64,000 bases of DNA, from positions 4,340,001-4,404,000 of the forward strand of contig CAKKNE010000004.1 in the NCBI GenBank assembly GCA_918797485.1, given 5' to 3'. The DNA comes from Pelagomonas calceolata. Its lineage: Eukaryota. Shown here piece after piece: positions 51,512-61,575 of this stretch (the first letter of the stretch is position 1; each line of letters begins with the position of its first letter). Both the position numbers and the translations under genes were made by a program. The notes beneath the pieces were generated by a model that did not search any database, was not told the origin of the DNA, and was given only the letters and a program-made list of their open reading frames with translations.

Positions 51512-53284
51512 CTAACTCAATAAGCAGTTTGCTGCTTCGTCGGACTCCTCCGACGCCGCGGCGCCTTCGACGAGGCGCGGCGACGCCGTGTTGGGCGCGG
51601 GCGTCGGCGCGGGCGCGAGCACGCGGCCCGTCGTGAGGCCCGCGCGGACGACGTGGTCGCGGCTCACCAGCTTGGCCATGCCCAGCGAGACGAGCATGAA
51701 CGCCAAGCAGAGGCAGTTGATGGTCCCGAGGATTTCGACGACGTGCCGCGCCCGGCGGCCCCGCACGCACGCGTCGTCCCAGCCCGGCCCGGAGTAGGCG
51801 TACACGCCGCCGACGAGCAGGAAGATGACGGCGTTGGCCACGACGCAGAGGGCACAGATGTTGCACCAGTAGTCGAAGCCGTTCCAGGACCAGTCCGTCT
51901 CGTCGCACCAGCCGACGCAGCGGCGCAGCGCGGCCGTGTAGCCGTGGCGGTGGCCCGTCATGTGGAAGCGGCCGTCGACGCGCCACCGGCCGACGAGCTG
52001 GATGACGATGCCCGGCCAGTTAAGCAAGCCGGTGGTCTTCGCGGCGACGAAGGGCGCGAGCGCGCCAGGCGGGAAGCACCAGCCGAGGCCCCGCTCCAGA
52101 AGCACGTAGTGGCCCGCGAGGTGCCGGTAGCGCGCGGGTCGCGGGAACCACCACGCGAGCCTCGTCACGGGGTCCAGCTCGTTCTGCACGCGCCAGACGC
52201 GGAGGTTCGCAAGCGACGCGCAGTGTCGCGCGAACGCGAGGTCGCCGACGCGCGGGCTCCCGAACGTCGCGTTAGTCACGCGCGCCGCCGGCAGCTCGGC
52301 CGCGAGCGCAGCGGCGACGACGCTCGCGACCGCCGCGCCGAGCGAGTGGCCGATCGCGTAGACGTCCGCCTCGCCGTGCGCCTCGACGAAGTTCCTCGCC
52401 GCCGCGACGATGCGGGCCAGCGCGCCGTCGCGCGTGGCCCTGGCCGCGAAGCCTCGGCCGACGGCGCCGGCGCCCGCCCCGCCGGGCGCCGGCCCGAGCC
52501 GGATTGCCGCGAGGTCGTCCATCGCGTCGACGCCGTCTTTGGTGCCGCGGAAGAACGCGACCAAGGTCCGCGTCTCCCGAGACGCAAAGAGGCCGGCGCG
52601 CGCGCCCTCCAGGTGCAGCAGCAGCTCCGCGTCGGGCCCGAGGAGGCCGCCGAGGAAGCACCTCCGCAGGACGTCGCGGACGGACTCGCCCGTCGGAAGC
52701 ATCAGGACGCGCTCGCCCAGCGACCGGTAGTTCCTTGTTTCTGGCCCGAGCTCGGAGGCGTCTTCCTGGGCCGCCCGACGGCGCAGCGCCGCGACGTCGC
52801 GCCTCCACGAACCAGGGCACTCAGTAGGGCCGTCGAACCAGGGCGCCCAGTAGGGCAGCTCCGCGAACGCGATGGCCTCCACGAGGCGCGCGGGCGTCGG
52901 CGCCTCCGCGCGCCACGCGCGCCGCGCGTCGGAGTCGTCTTCGGGCGCCACGCCGCGCGCCGCGCTCGCGTCCAGCCAGGCGGGGCCGAAGACGTCGACG
53001 AAGACGAGGGCAAACCAGACCGCGACGGCGACGCAGACGAGCGGCACCGCGACCCAGAACGTTTCTATGTCGTACGCGGTCTTGAGCTTGAGCCCAAAGA
53101 GCGCCACGATGGAGACCCACACGAGGCCCAGGAGCGCCGAGGCCGCGATCGTCAGCGTCTCCGTGGCCTGCCGCAGCCTCACGCCCGCTTTATCTTCGGC
53201 TTCGTCGAGCGCCCGCCTGACGCTTTCGACGCGCGACGGCGAGGCGTGCTTGAGCGCGTACTTCTCGTTGCGCGACGCACTCAT
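51512..53284 (-). CDS. Membrane-associated class 3 lipase
   Basis: AFFRGT, AIGHSLGAAVA, TFGSPRVG, NELDPV; hydrophobic segments at both ends. Confidence 0.88.
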   Translation of the reverse strand: MSASRNEKYALKHASPSRVESVRRALDEAEDKAGVRLRQATETLTIAASALLGLVWVSIVALFGLKLKTAYDIETFWVAVPLVCVAVAVWFALVFVDVFGPAWLDASAARGVAPEDDSDARRAWRAEAPTPARLVEAIAFAELPYWAPWFDGPTECPGSWRRDVAALRRRAAQEDASELGPETRNYRSLGERVLMLPTGESVRDVLRRCFLGGLLGPDAELLLHLEGARAGLFASRETRTLVAFFRGTKDGVDAMDDLAAIRLGPAPGGAGAGAVGRGFAARATRDGALARIVAAARNFVEAHGEADVYAIGHSLGAAVASVVAAALAAELPAARVTNATFGSPRVGDLAFARHCASLANLRVWRVQNELDPVTRLAWWFPRPARYRHLAGHYVLLERGLGWCFPPGALAPFVAAKTTGLLNWPGIVIQLVGRWRVDGRFHMTGHRHGYTAALRRCVGWCDETDWSWNGFDYWCNICALCVVANAVIFLLVGGVYAYSGPGWDDACVRGRRARHVVEILGTINCLCLAFMLVSLGMAKLVSRDHVVRAGLTTGRVLAPAPTPAPNTASPRLVEGAAASEESDEAANCLLS

Positions 53285-53656
53285 CCTCGCGACGTCCTGC
53301 GTTTTGGGCTGCCCTTGGGCCCTTTCGCGGACTTTAAAGTTGGTGCTTTTTGGCCTGCTGTTTTTGAGGGCAGGCCTCGGCGCGTTTGCGCGCTGTTGAG
53401 ATGCGATGCCTCGCTGAGCGCGCGTGCGGTATGTGCGGTGGCTTGTTGCAACACACTAGATTTTGCTGGGCAGGGGCCCAGGATACCAGGAAGGCTGCCC
53501 TTTTGCCTGCTCTGGAGCAATTTGCGCGCTGCCACTCAGCCAAATCGAAGAAATCCTCGCGCGCGCACGCTGCGCGGCGGTAGCGCCACCGCTCGACCCG
53601 CGACTGGCATCATCTAGAGGCGTCGGCGCGACCGCTGCCCGACGGCGCGCGGAGCC

Positions 53657-54792
53657 ATGGGCCACGGCGTCGACTCGGAGCCGTCGGGATGGGTGACGGA
53701 CTACGCGCTCATGGCGTCCCTGTTTGTGTTCGCCGCGAGCCTGCGAAAGCGCGGCGCCGCGCCGTGGGCGGTCCGGACGCAGGCCTTCATGGCATGCGGC
53801 TACTTGTTCGGAGCCCTCGGGCACCACGCCTTTCCGTCCTCGCGGCGGCGCCGAAAACATCCCGTCTCCGCGGGAGACCTCCAACACGCAGGTACCGCGC
53901 CTCCACGGACCTCTGCGGCCTGCGCTCTTTCTACGCGGTCTGGCTGCTGGCCTACGCGTCGCAGTGCGCGTCGTGCGTGTCCTGGTGCCTGTGGTGCGAC
54001 ACCGAGCTCGCGTGGCACTCGACGCGCGTGCCCATGCTGGTCTGCTGCGGCCTCACGACGCTCGTCAGCCTCGTGATCGCCGGCGGCTGCGTCGCCTGCG
54101 CGCTGGCCGTCGCGGCGCCCGGGAGCGCGTCCTGCGACGGGAGCGGACCGCCTGCGTGCGACACGCTCGTCATGCACGCGGAAGGCCTCTTCTATTTGTG
54201 CTGGGGCTGGGCCTGGGCCATCGTCGCGACGCGGGTATATCTCCTGCTCCGCGACCGCCAGCGCGACTCCCCGAGGAGCGACGCGGCCGTCGTGCACTTC
54301 TTTTTCTTCGACCTCAATGTGCGCCGCGCGACGCGCTTCCGACTCCTGCACGTCGCCAACGTCCTCGCGCCCGCCGCGCTTTGCACGTACGGGCCGTTCC
54401 TCATCATCTACGTCTTCGTGTATTCGACGTCCCGCGGCCTGGACACGACGGAGGTCTACAGCCGGAACCGCGTCGGCCTCATCTACCACTGCGGCGTGCT
54501 CTCGTGCCACACGCTGACCTACTACCTGGCGCTGAACGTGCCCTCCCAACAGTCCTACGCCGCGGCCCGCGCGGGCGCGATGGGCCAGGGCGAAATAGCC
54601 CCCTATCCCGCACCCTATAAAACCATCACGCGCCACTTTCATCACCCTTCAACACGCGCGATAAAACAGTTAAACCAAAAGCCCGCCGCGTGGTGCGCTG
54701 GCAATGTACCGTGGAGTTGGCCAGCACTATCAATCGACGCGCCTCGTCGCGCGGCGTTCGTTTTCATTTTTTTGCGCGCGCCCGGCGGATAG
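53657..54792 (+). CDS. Multi-pass membrane protein of unknown function; intron 53836..53891; 3' end uncertain
   Basis: A 56-nt GT..acgcAG intron joins ORF 53657 to the frame of ORF 53689; several hydrophobic helices; composition changes after about 54590. Confidence 0.65.
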
Positions 54793-55070
54793 AGGTACCC
54801 CAGAGCTCTCTGAACGGCAATGCGCGAGTGATCCGCGTCCTGCGGACTTTTTCTCGACCCCCAGGCACCTCTGACAAAGAGGCATACAAAGAGCAGGCCC
54901 CTAAATAGGAGCGACGCCGCTTCGCCCCGTACGGTCGCCCCAGCGTGCTTGAATTTGCCCTAAGGCAACATCAAAGCGCTGGCCACGTTCCTGGGCCGAT
55001 CCGCGACGGCGCCGGAGAGAGCGCGAAGTAGCCAGCTGATTGCTTTTTGTAGCTTCCCGCCGCGACGCCG

Positions 55071-56483
55071 ATGCAGACGCCCCAGGAACCTGCGACGGCG
55101 ACAGCGCCAGTGCTCCCGGCCCCGCTCGCAGCGCAGCCGGCCTCAGTGACTCCGTATGCGGCCGCCGCGGCCGCCGCGTCTCGTTCGACGCCACCCGCGG
55201 CACTGGACACGGCATACACTGAGGCGCCGGCGCCGCAGAGCCGCGCGGCGCCCGCCGACGAGGAGGCCGCGGCGCCGATCAGCACATCGGCGACGCAGCA
55301 ATCGTCACTGCCGGTCGCGTGGCAGCAGGCGGGCTTGACCGAGCGACCGCGCGACCCGCCCGCGCCTGCGCCGGCCGTGACGCCGCCGACCACGGACCAA
55401 GCGCCGATGAGCCCGCACCCCGCCGAGCAGCCGCCGAGCAGCGCTTTGCCGGAACAAAAAAAGCGCCCCGCGTCCGAGTTGCGCGACCCGTCCCTCGAGG
55501 GGCTGCTCGAGGCGCACGCCTGCCCGGCGAAGCGCCACGACTCGAAGAAGACGAACTTATGTGCTCAGCTTGGCATCGAGGCCTCGCAGCAAAGCTTAGG
55601 TAGAGTCGGAGGCAAACTCGCGGGCCATATCGGCGAGAACAGGTACGTTGCTGGCTTGGCCGAAGACGGACGGAGCAAGTGCCAGTCTATTTTGTGTCGA
55701 GCGTATTTAGCGCCAGGAGAACCGCGCATCGGCAAGCGGGCGCCTTCCGTGAGGCACGGCCACTCGCGCAAGACGAAGTGGTACCACATCGAGTGCATCT
55801 TCGCCTCGTTCAGACGCACCTGCAAGAAATCAAAGACCATCACGTCCGTCGCGGACCTCGAAGGCTTCGAGAGCTTATTGCCGAGTGACCAGCAGAAGGT
55901 GCGGGATTTAATTGTGCAACATAATGAAGAGAGAGGCCAGAGGACGCCCGCGGCGCGGCGAGCCGAAAAAAAGACGCGGCCTCCCAAAAAAGTGGGCCGG
56001 GCCGCGACGAAAAAGTCGCTCGACGAACCTAAACTATTGCCGCCGCCGCGGCGTTCTGGGCGGACGGCGCCCCGAAGTTATGACGACAAGGCCTGGGAGG
56101 AGCGGTCGCCCTCGCCGCCCGAGGAAGGTGCTTCCCTCTTACTAGGATTGTGCGCGTCGCCGGCGGAGTCGGACTCGGACTCGGAGTGCTCGGTGTCGCG
56201 CGCGGAGGCGTCCGTGGCCGACGCCGTGGCGTCGCTCGCGGCGGCGCGCGCGCCGCAGCCGGCCCTGAAGCTACCGCCCGCGACGCTCGCCGCCGCGGGA
56301 AGAGCCGCGGCCGACGCCGCCGAGGCGGCTATTCTATCAGCCTTCGCGGGCGCGGATCCCGCCCGGGCCGCGCGGGCCGGCGCGGCGGCCTTCGAGCAGG
56401 CCTTCTCCGCGATCGCGGCGCGCGGCGACCTGTTGTTCGAGCCTGTCTCCGGTGGCTCGTCGGTCGCCGACAGCTCGTCTTGA
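55071..56483 (+). CDS. PARP-type zinc finger protein
   Basis: LAEDGRSKCQSILC..RIGK..KWYHIECIF..LEGFESLLPSDQQKVR; low-complexity flanks. Confidence 0.8.
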   Translation: MQTPQEPATATAPVLPAPLAAQPASVTPYAAAAAAASRSTPPAALDTAYTEAPAPQSRAAPADEEAAAPISTSATQQSSLPVAWQQAGLTERPRDPPAPAPAVTPPTTDQAPMSPHPAEQPPSSALPEQKKRPASELRDPSLEGLLEAHACPAKRHDSKKTNLCAQLGIEASQQSLGRVGGKLAGHIGENRYVAGLAEDGRSKCQSILCRAYLAPGEPRIGKRAPSVRHGHSRKTKWYHIECIFASFRRTCKKSKTITSVADLEGFESLLPSDQQKVRDLIVQHNEERGQRTPAARRAEKKTRPPKKVGRAATKKSLDEPKLLPPPRRSGRTAPRSYDDKAWEERSPSPPEEGASLLLGLCASPAESDSDSECSVSRAEASVADAVASLAAARAPQPALKLPPATLAAAGRAAADAAEAAILSAFAGADPARAARAGAAAFEQAFSAIAARGDLLFEPVSGGSSVADSSS

Positions 56484-56838
56484 CTACCCTGTGTGTCTTT
56501 AATATAACGTGCTTTCTTAATACCCTGCGGCGATGGCGTGTCCCGGCGTTACGGAGCTAGGACTAGTGGGCACCGCGCGTCGTCGATCACCCGCCGCGCT
56601 CCCACCGAGTCCCGCACGCAATCGCCCTGGCTTGTGCGACAGCTTCGGAGCAGTCCCAGGGAGGCCTGGATCAAAACTGCTAGTGTCTTACAGGACGCTA
56701 GCAATTAGGCGCGGCTCGCGCACAATATCGCTCTCGACGACGCGCGACGCACTGCAACGGTACTTGAGAGACTCGTCCAGATACGCCATCGACGCGGCGC
56801 GCACGTAGTTGCATCGCTGCGCCTCAGCATCGCTCAGC

Positions 56839-57912
56839 ATGGCCGCCCTAGCAGCAGCAGCACCAAAGCCCATCAAAGCCCTCTTCGCCGAGGCCGAGGC
56901 GCTCCTGCGCAAACTGGAGGACGGCGGCGACGCCGACGACGCGTCAACGTGTGTGAGTCTGTTGGATGACGCATGGGCCGCGGCGGCGGCGCTCGACCTC
57001 TTCCCCGCGGGGTGTACTGGAGACGACGTCGCGACCGCGGATTTGCGGTACGCGCTCATCCCGGACCTGCGCGCGCGCGCGCGGTCGCGCGTCCGATGCA
57101 CGGACGGGCCCGCCGGGCGCCTGGCGCTCGTGGAGCGCTGCCGGAAGGACCGGGCGCGCTTCCTGGAGCTCGCGGCGGCGTTGGATCCCGAGGTCGCGGA
57201 ACGTGACGACGACGACACGGACGACGGCGCGGCGCGTGCCCCGTCGGCGCTGGACGTGCGCCGGAAAGCCATCGAACGCCACGAGGCCAAGAAACGCTGT
57301 GCAGAGGCGCTCGCAGAAGCGCAGAGAGCGTTAAAGGACGCGCAGACGCCCGAGGAGCGCGACGAACTGGAGAGGGATGTTATTATAGCGGAGCTACGAA
57401 GTCATGCCGCGACCTGCGAAGAGGCCATTACTAGTGATGATCGCGAGCTCGACATGCTCAGAAGGATGGCGTCGAACGCGCCGCCGCAGCGCGTGCGGCC
57501 GCCGCAGAACGCGGATGCGGCCTGGTTGCTGGGCGCGCGGCCCGGCGGCCAGAACGGCGGGCTGAGGGTGCTGCGCATGGACCGCGACGACGCGGGTACC
57601 GTGCGCGCGCGGCGCGAGACGGTCCGCTCGGGCGTCTTCCGGCCGTCGCATCGCTTACCGACGATGACCATCGAGGAGTTCGCGGATTTGGAGATCGCCG
57701 ACGCGCAAGAGAGGAGTGAACGGGAGAAGGCGGCGGCGGCGCATAAACCGACGATAGAAGAAGATATGAGGAGGCGCGACCAGCTCGAGGAGGAGTCCGA
57801 CGAGGAGGACACGGAGCGCTACGACCACGCGCGCGCGCGGAGCGAGGCCTGGGCGAACTGGCTCGAGGAGCACCCGCGCGGCGCCGGGAACAAGGGGGGG
57901 AGCCAGCTCTAG
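56839..57912 (+). CDS. TAP42: TAP42/alpha4 PP2A-associated protein
   Basis: DDVATADLRY, VFRPSHRLPTMTIEEFADLE, WANWLEEHPRGAGNK. Confidence 0.88.
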   Translation: MAALAAAAPKPIKALFAEAEALLRKLEDGGDADDASTCVSLLDDAWAAAAALDLFPAGCTGDDVATADLRYALIPDLRARARSRVRCTDGPAGRLALVERCRKDRARFLELAAALDPEVAERDDDDTDDGAARAPSALDVRRKAIERHEAKKRCAEALAEAQRALKDAQTPEERDELERDVIIAELRSHAATCEEAITSDDRELDMLRRMASNAPPQRVRPPQNADAAWLLGARPGGQNGGLRVLRMDRDDAGTVRARRETVRSGVFRPSHRLPTMTIEEFADLEIADAQERSEREKAAAAHKPTIEEDMRRRDQLEEESDEEDTERYDHARARSEAWANWLEEHPRGAGNKGGSQL

Positions 57913-58221
57913 CTCTCTCTCTAAGGTTGTTGTTGTTTGCCAGGCTTGTTTTTTTGAGATGCTGCAGCAGAAGGGTCTGACCTCAGAGGACAAGTCGCAT
58001 TTTTCAGCCCTAGTAACTCTACTCACGCTAGCAAGAAGCCAAGGCGCCTCGTCCGCGGCGCGAGGGTGCTTAGAGGCCAGAATCGTTCAGGCGCGCTGCA
58101 GAGGTGTCCCATAGATCGATTCTAAAACAGCCAGCAGCGCGAGCTCGGGCCACCGCGCACCGCACACCAGGCTCTCCAAAGGGTCAGCTGCCTCGAACCG
58201 AATCAGCCTGTAGCAGCGTCG

Positions 58222-60432
58222 ATGGCGTCCCTCACGCCCGGCGCGGTCGATTATATCGTCAACGAGAAGATGACGGTCGCCGGCGGCCACCGGCCCGTGC
58301 TCCAGGTCGTCAAGTTCGGCATGATCACGAATGCCCAAGGCCTCACACGCGAGAAGCTGTGGCTCAGCGACGGGGACCGCTGGGTCCTGGCGATGGCGGT
58401 GCCGCAAGAGGGCCGCGTCCTCACGCCCGGCTGCTTCGTCCGCCTGATTAAGTACGAAGGCGAGGAGCCGATTCACGCGACGGACATGGAGATCGTCAGC
58501 CCGGCGCAGCCGCGCGTCGGGACGCCGACTCAGTACCGTAACGGCGCGGCGCTGCCGGCCGACGCCGTCCAGCCGGCGCCATCGCCGCCGCCGCCGCCCA
58601 CCGTCGAAGAGGTCGAGGCGACCTTCGCGACGGCGACGCTGTCCGCGGCGACGCCGACGATCCAACTGAACGTGGGCGGCACGATTTTCGAGACGACGGA
58701 GTCGACGCTCGCGCGCCACCCGGCGACCTTCTTCGGCGCGCTCGCGCGGAACCGCGGCGCCGCGACGCGCCTCTTCGTCGACCGCGATCCGACGCATTTT
58801 AGACATGTACTCAACTACCTGCGAAGTGGCGTCGTCACGGCGCCGGCGGACGACGACGCCAAGGCGGAGCTTCTGCTCGAGCTCGAGTTCTACGCGCTGC
58901 ACGACTTCGCCCGAGGGCTGTGCGGGCCCGTGCTCGATTTGACGAAGCACCTCGACGCGGCCGGCGTGCTGGCGGACCGGGCCGACGAGGCCCGCCTGCG
59001 CGACGTCTTCGCGTCGGGCGACGCCGGGGCGATCGGGCGGCTCGACCGGTACGAGGGCCTCGTGGACTTCTACAGTACGTACCCCGGGGGCGTCGCGTTC
59101 GCCGCGCCGCCGGCCGTCGACGCCGGCAGCACGCTGCTTTACGACGCGTTGGAGCCCAAGCCGCCGCTCGGCCGCGAGGGCTCACCGGCGACGTGTCAGT
59201 ATATTGATCAATTCAAGGAGAACTTCGACGCCTTGTACCCGCAAGTGCTGACTCGACTGAGCAAGGTCATGAAGAGCGGCCAAGTCTTCATCGCCGGCGG
59301 GTCGGTTCTGCTGGGGCTGACCGCGCTAGATCCAGCGGTCGCCCGGCTCAGCAACATGCCGCTACGGACGCGGCACACGGCGTTCTGGAAGGCAAGCTCT
59401 AAGCAAGTGGGTGACGTGGACGTCTTCGTGTGCGCCAGTAGTCCTGAGGAATGCTCGATACTGGCCGAGCGAATCTGGAACGCGCTTGCCGTCGACGGCG
59501 AGTTCTGGAAATGCGAACGCAACCGCGGCGTGATCAATATGACGAAGCATCGGACCCATTACTGCTATGGGGATGCAGAGCTCGTCGTCCAGGTCGTGCT
59601 GCGGCAGTACGCGTCGCTGACGGAGGTGCTGACGTGCTTTGACGTCGATTGCTGCTGCGTCGGTCTCTCCTTGAAACGTGACTGGCGCGACGTGAAGAAC
59701 TGGCGCGTGTGGGCTTTGCCGCGAGCCGTGCGCGCGCTGCAGTCCGGGAGAAATGTAGTTAACGCGATTCACGCGTGGCCGCGGAGTCCGGCCTATGAGA
59801 TGCGCTTGACCAAGTATGCCTGCCGCGGCTTCGCCGTGCTCTGCCCCGGCCTCGACCCGGCGAGCGTCGACGAATCCAGGATCCGCGCCACACCCTTCGA
59901 CGCGCTGTCCGGCATCGCGCGGCTCCTGCGCGTCGCGAACTTGGTTGAGCTCGCGCAGCCCACGACCTTCGAAGCCGCCAAGAAGCTCATGATCCAACGC
60001 TTCGGGATGAGCGTGACGTTTGCGCTGAGCGGGATTTACGATGTTCCAGTGCACCTTCTCCCCGGGGAGGAATTGGCCGGCGCGACCGTTCCTTCGGGCA
60101 ATGAATTCTCGGAGGTTGCGTCAGCGCTGCACCCCGATTCCACCGCGGAACAGGTCGCCGCGTTGCGTCGCCGGTACCCGCGCGACACGGCTTGGAGGGT
60201 GCTGACCCCCGCTGAGAATTTCCAAGGGGGAGATCGACAGTACGGGCGGCTGATCGAGGCTGACACCGAGTCGCGCGCCGCGGCGTGGCGGGGCATCGTC
60301 GACGCCGGCCACGACCACCTCGACTTGCCGCGGCGCATCGCGTGGGACGACAGCCGCAACCAGAGGGAGTACCTCAACGTCCGCGACGCCGACCACGACG
60401 CGATCTACTACGCTCATGCGTACAAGGTGTGA
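58222..60432 (+). CDS. BTB/POZ protein with C-terminal nucleotidyltransferase-like domain
   Basis: IQLNVGGTIFETT..LFVDRDPTHFRHVLNYLR (KCTD-type BTB); IAGGSVL..GDVDVFV..QVVLRQY..FDVDCCC..RLTKYACRGF. Confidence 0.8.
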   Translation: MASLTPGAVDYIVNEKMTVAGGHRPVLQVVKFGMITNAQGLTREKLWLSDGDRWVLAMAVPQEGRVLTPGCFVRLIKYEGEEPIHATDMEIVSPAQPRVGTPTQYRNGAALPADAVQPAPSPPPPPTVEEVEATFATATLSAATPTIQLNVGGTIFETTESTLARHPATFFGALARNRGAATRLFVDRDPTHFRHVLNYLRSGVVTAPADDDAKAELLLELEFYALHDFARGLCGPVLDLTKHLDAAGVLADRADEARLRDVFASGDAGAIGRLDRYEGLVDFYSTYPGGVAFAAPPAVDAGSTLLYDALEPKPPLGREGSPATCQYIDQFKENFDALYPQVLTRLSKVMKSGQVFIAGGSVLLGLTALDPAVARLSNMPLRTRHTAFWKASSKQVGDVDVFVCASSPEECSILAERIWNALAVDGEFWKCERNRGVINMTKHRTHYCYGDAELVVQVVLRQYASLTEVLTCFDVDCCCVGLSLKRDWRDVKNWRVWALPRAVRALQSGRNVVNAIHAWPRSPAYEMRLTKYACRGFAVLCPGLDPASVDESRIRATPFDALSGIARLLRVANLVELAQPTTFEAAKKLMIQRFGMSVTFALSGIYDVPVHLLPGEELAGATVPSGNEFSEVASALHPDSTAEQVAALRRRYPRDTAWRVLTPAENFQGGDRQYGRLIEADTESRAAAWRGIVDAGHDHLDLPRRIAWDDSRNQREYLNVRDADHDAIYYAHAYKV

Positions 60433-60484
60433 CACATGTGCTGTCGTTACGAAGAGTAAGAACTACAAAGATACGCCAAGAGAC

Positions 60485-61126
60485 CTAGAAGATGTCCACG
60501 ACCCGCCCCGCGTCCGCCTGAATCACGTCCGATTTTGACGGAGACTTGACCTCCGTGCGCCTACAAGGCGCGCCATTCTCAAAGTAGTCATCAAAAACCA
60601 CGAAGTTGTTCGGCTGCTCGTTGTAGTCTTGTAAACCATAATGTTTGCGCAGGAAGGGCAGCATCTTGGGCGACGGGCGGTCGTACGCGAGCGACCTCGC
60701 TTCCCTCCCTTCGGCCGCGAGCATCGCGTCGAATAAGGTAAAGCCATGGCCGGACCGCTGCGCCCGGTCACTCACATAAAAATCCAGCACACACAGCGGG
60801 TCTAGTTGTTTTGTGCCCCCCCCGCGGTGCCAGTAGTACAAATGCTTCCGGCCCACGGTCAGCAACCCAAGCACTTTTGATCGTTCCCTTAGAACGTAAC
60901 ACCTTCTTTGCTCTCCGAGGCTCCGTTCTTGCCTGAGGATCTTTACGCTCGTCAGGGGGCCCTTGAGATTTTGCGCGTCGCCGCTCTCCGCACCCAACGT
61001 GTCTAGGATTTGACTGAACGCCTGGAACGCTTCGAAATTGTCGTAGCCGAGCTCGGCGAGTGCTTCGCCCGTCCAACTGTGGACGCCTTGTTTAATATAC
61101 GGTTCGAGGACCTGGGGTAGCTCCAT
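60485..61126 (-). CDS. ATAT1: Alpha-tubulin N-acetyltransferase (Mec-17)
   Basis: LCVLDFYV..QRSGHG..LF, LAYDRPSPKMLPFLRKHYGL, QPNNFVVF. Confidence 0.93.
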   Translation of the reverse strand: MELPQVLEPYIKQGVHSWTGEALAELGYDNFEAFQAFSQILDTLGAESGDAQNLKGPLTSVKILRQERSLGEQRRCYVLRERSKVLGLLTVGRKHLYYWHRGGGTKQLDPLCVLDFYVSDRAQRSGHGFTLFDAMLAAEGREARSLAYDRPSPKMLPFLRKHYGLQDYNEQPNNFVVFDDYFENGAPCRRTEVKSPSKSDVIQADAGRVVDIF

Positions 61127-61575
61127 TTCGTAGGCGTTGTGAATTGTGACGCGCGTCTCCGGCGTCCGGGGCTGCCCCGCGTACGAATTGTGCGCGAATT
61201 ATGCGCTCTGAGCTTCGGACGGAGCTGCTTCTTAGGTGACAGGCTGCCCACAGCGCGCCCGCAAAACGACTTTTAGCTAGCGGCTGTAAGGCACTAGCAA
61301 GCAGTCAATAATCAGCTTTTTGCAGCCCGCTCGCCTATAGATCACTAGCGAACAGCTCTGATAGGCTCCACACATCTCTTGACACGTTACGCGTCGAGCC
61401 CGTAGCTCCGAGACGCGCCGCTGCCCTAGCCAGCTGACAGGCCAGCCAGCCCCTCGCATCGCCGCGCCCGGCGCACGCGCCACCGCACGGACGCACTCAC
61501 CAGCGCCGCGACAAGACGCCGGCCAGCGCGCCGACGCAGCGCGCAACTGCCTAACCCGCGAGAGCACAAGCCACG

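Noticed and set aside
51653..53617. 654-aa plus-strand ORF, and many similar long Arg/Ala-rich ORFs elsewhere
   Set aside because: Overlap recognisable genes on the other strand or frame; expected from stop-codon scarcity at high GC.
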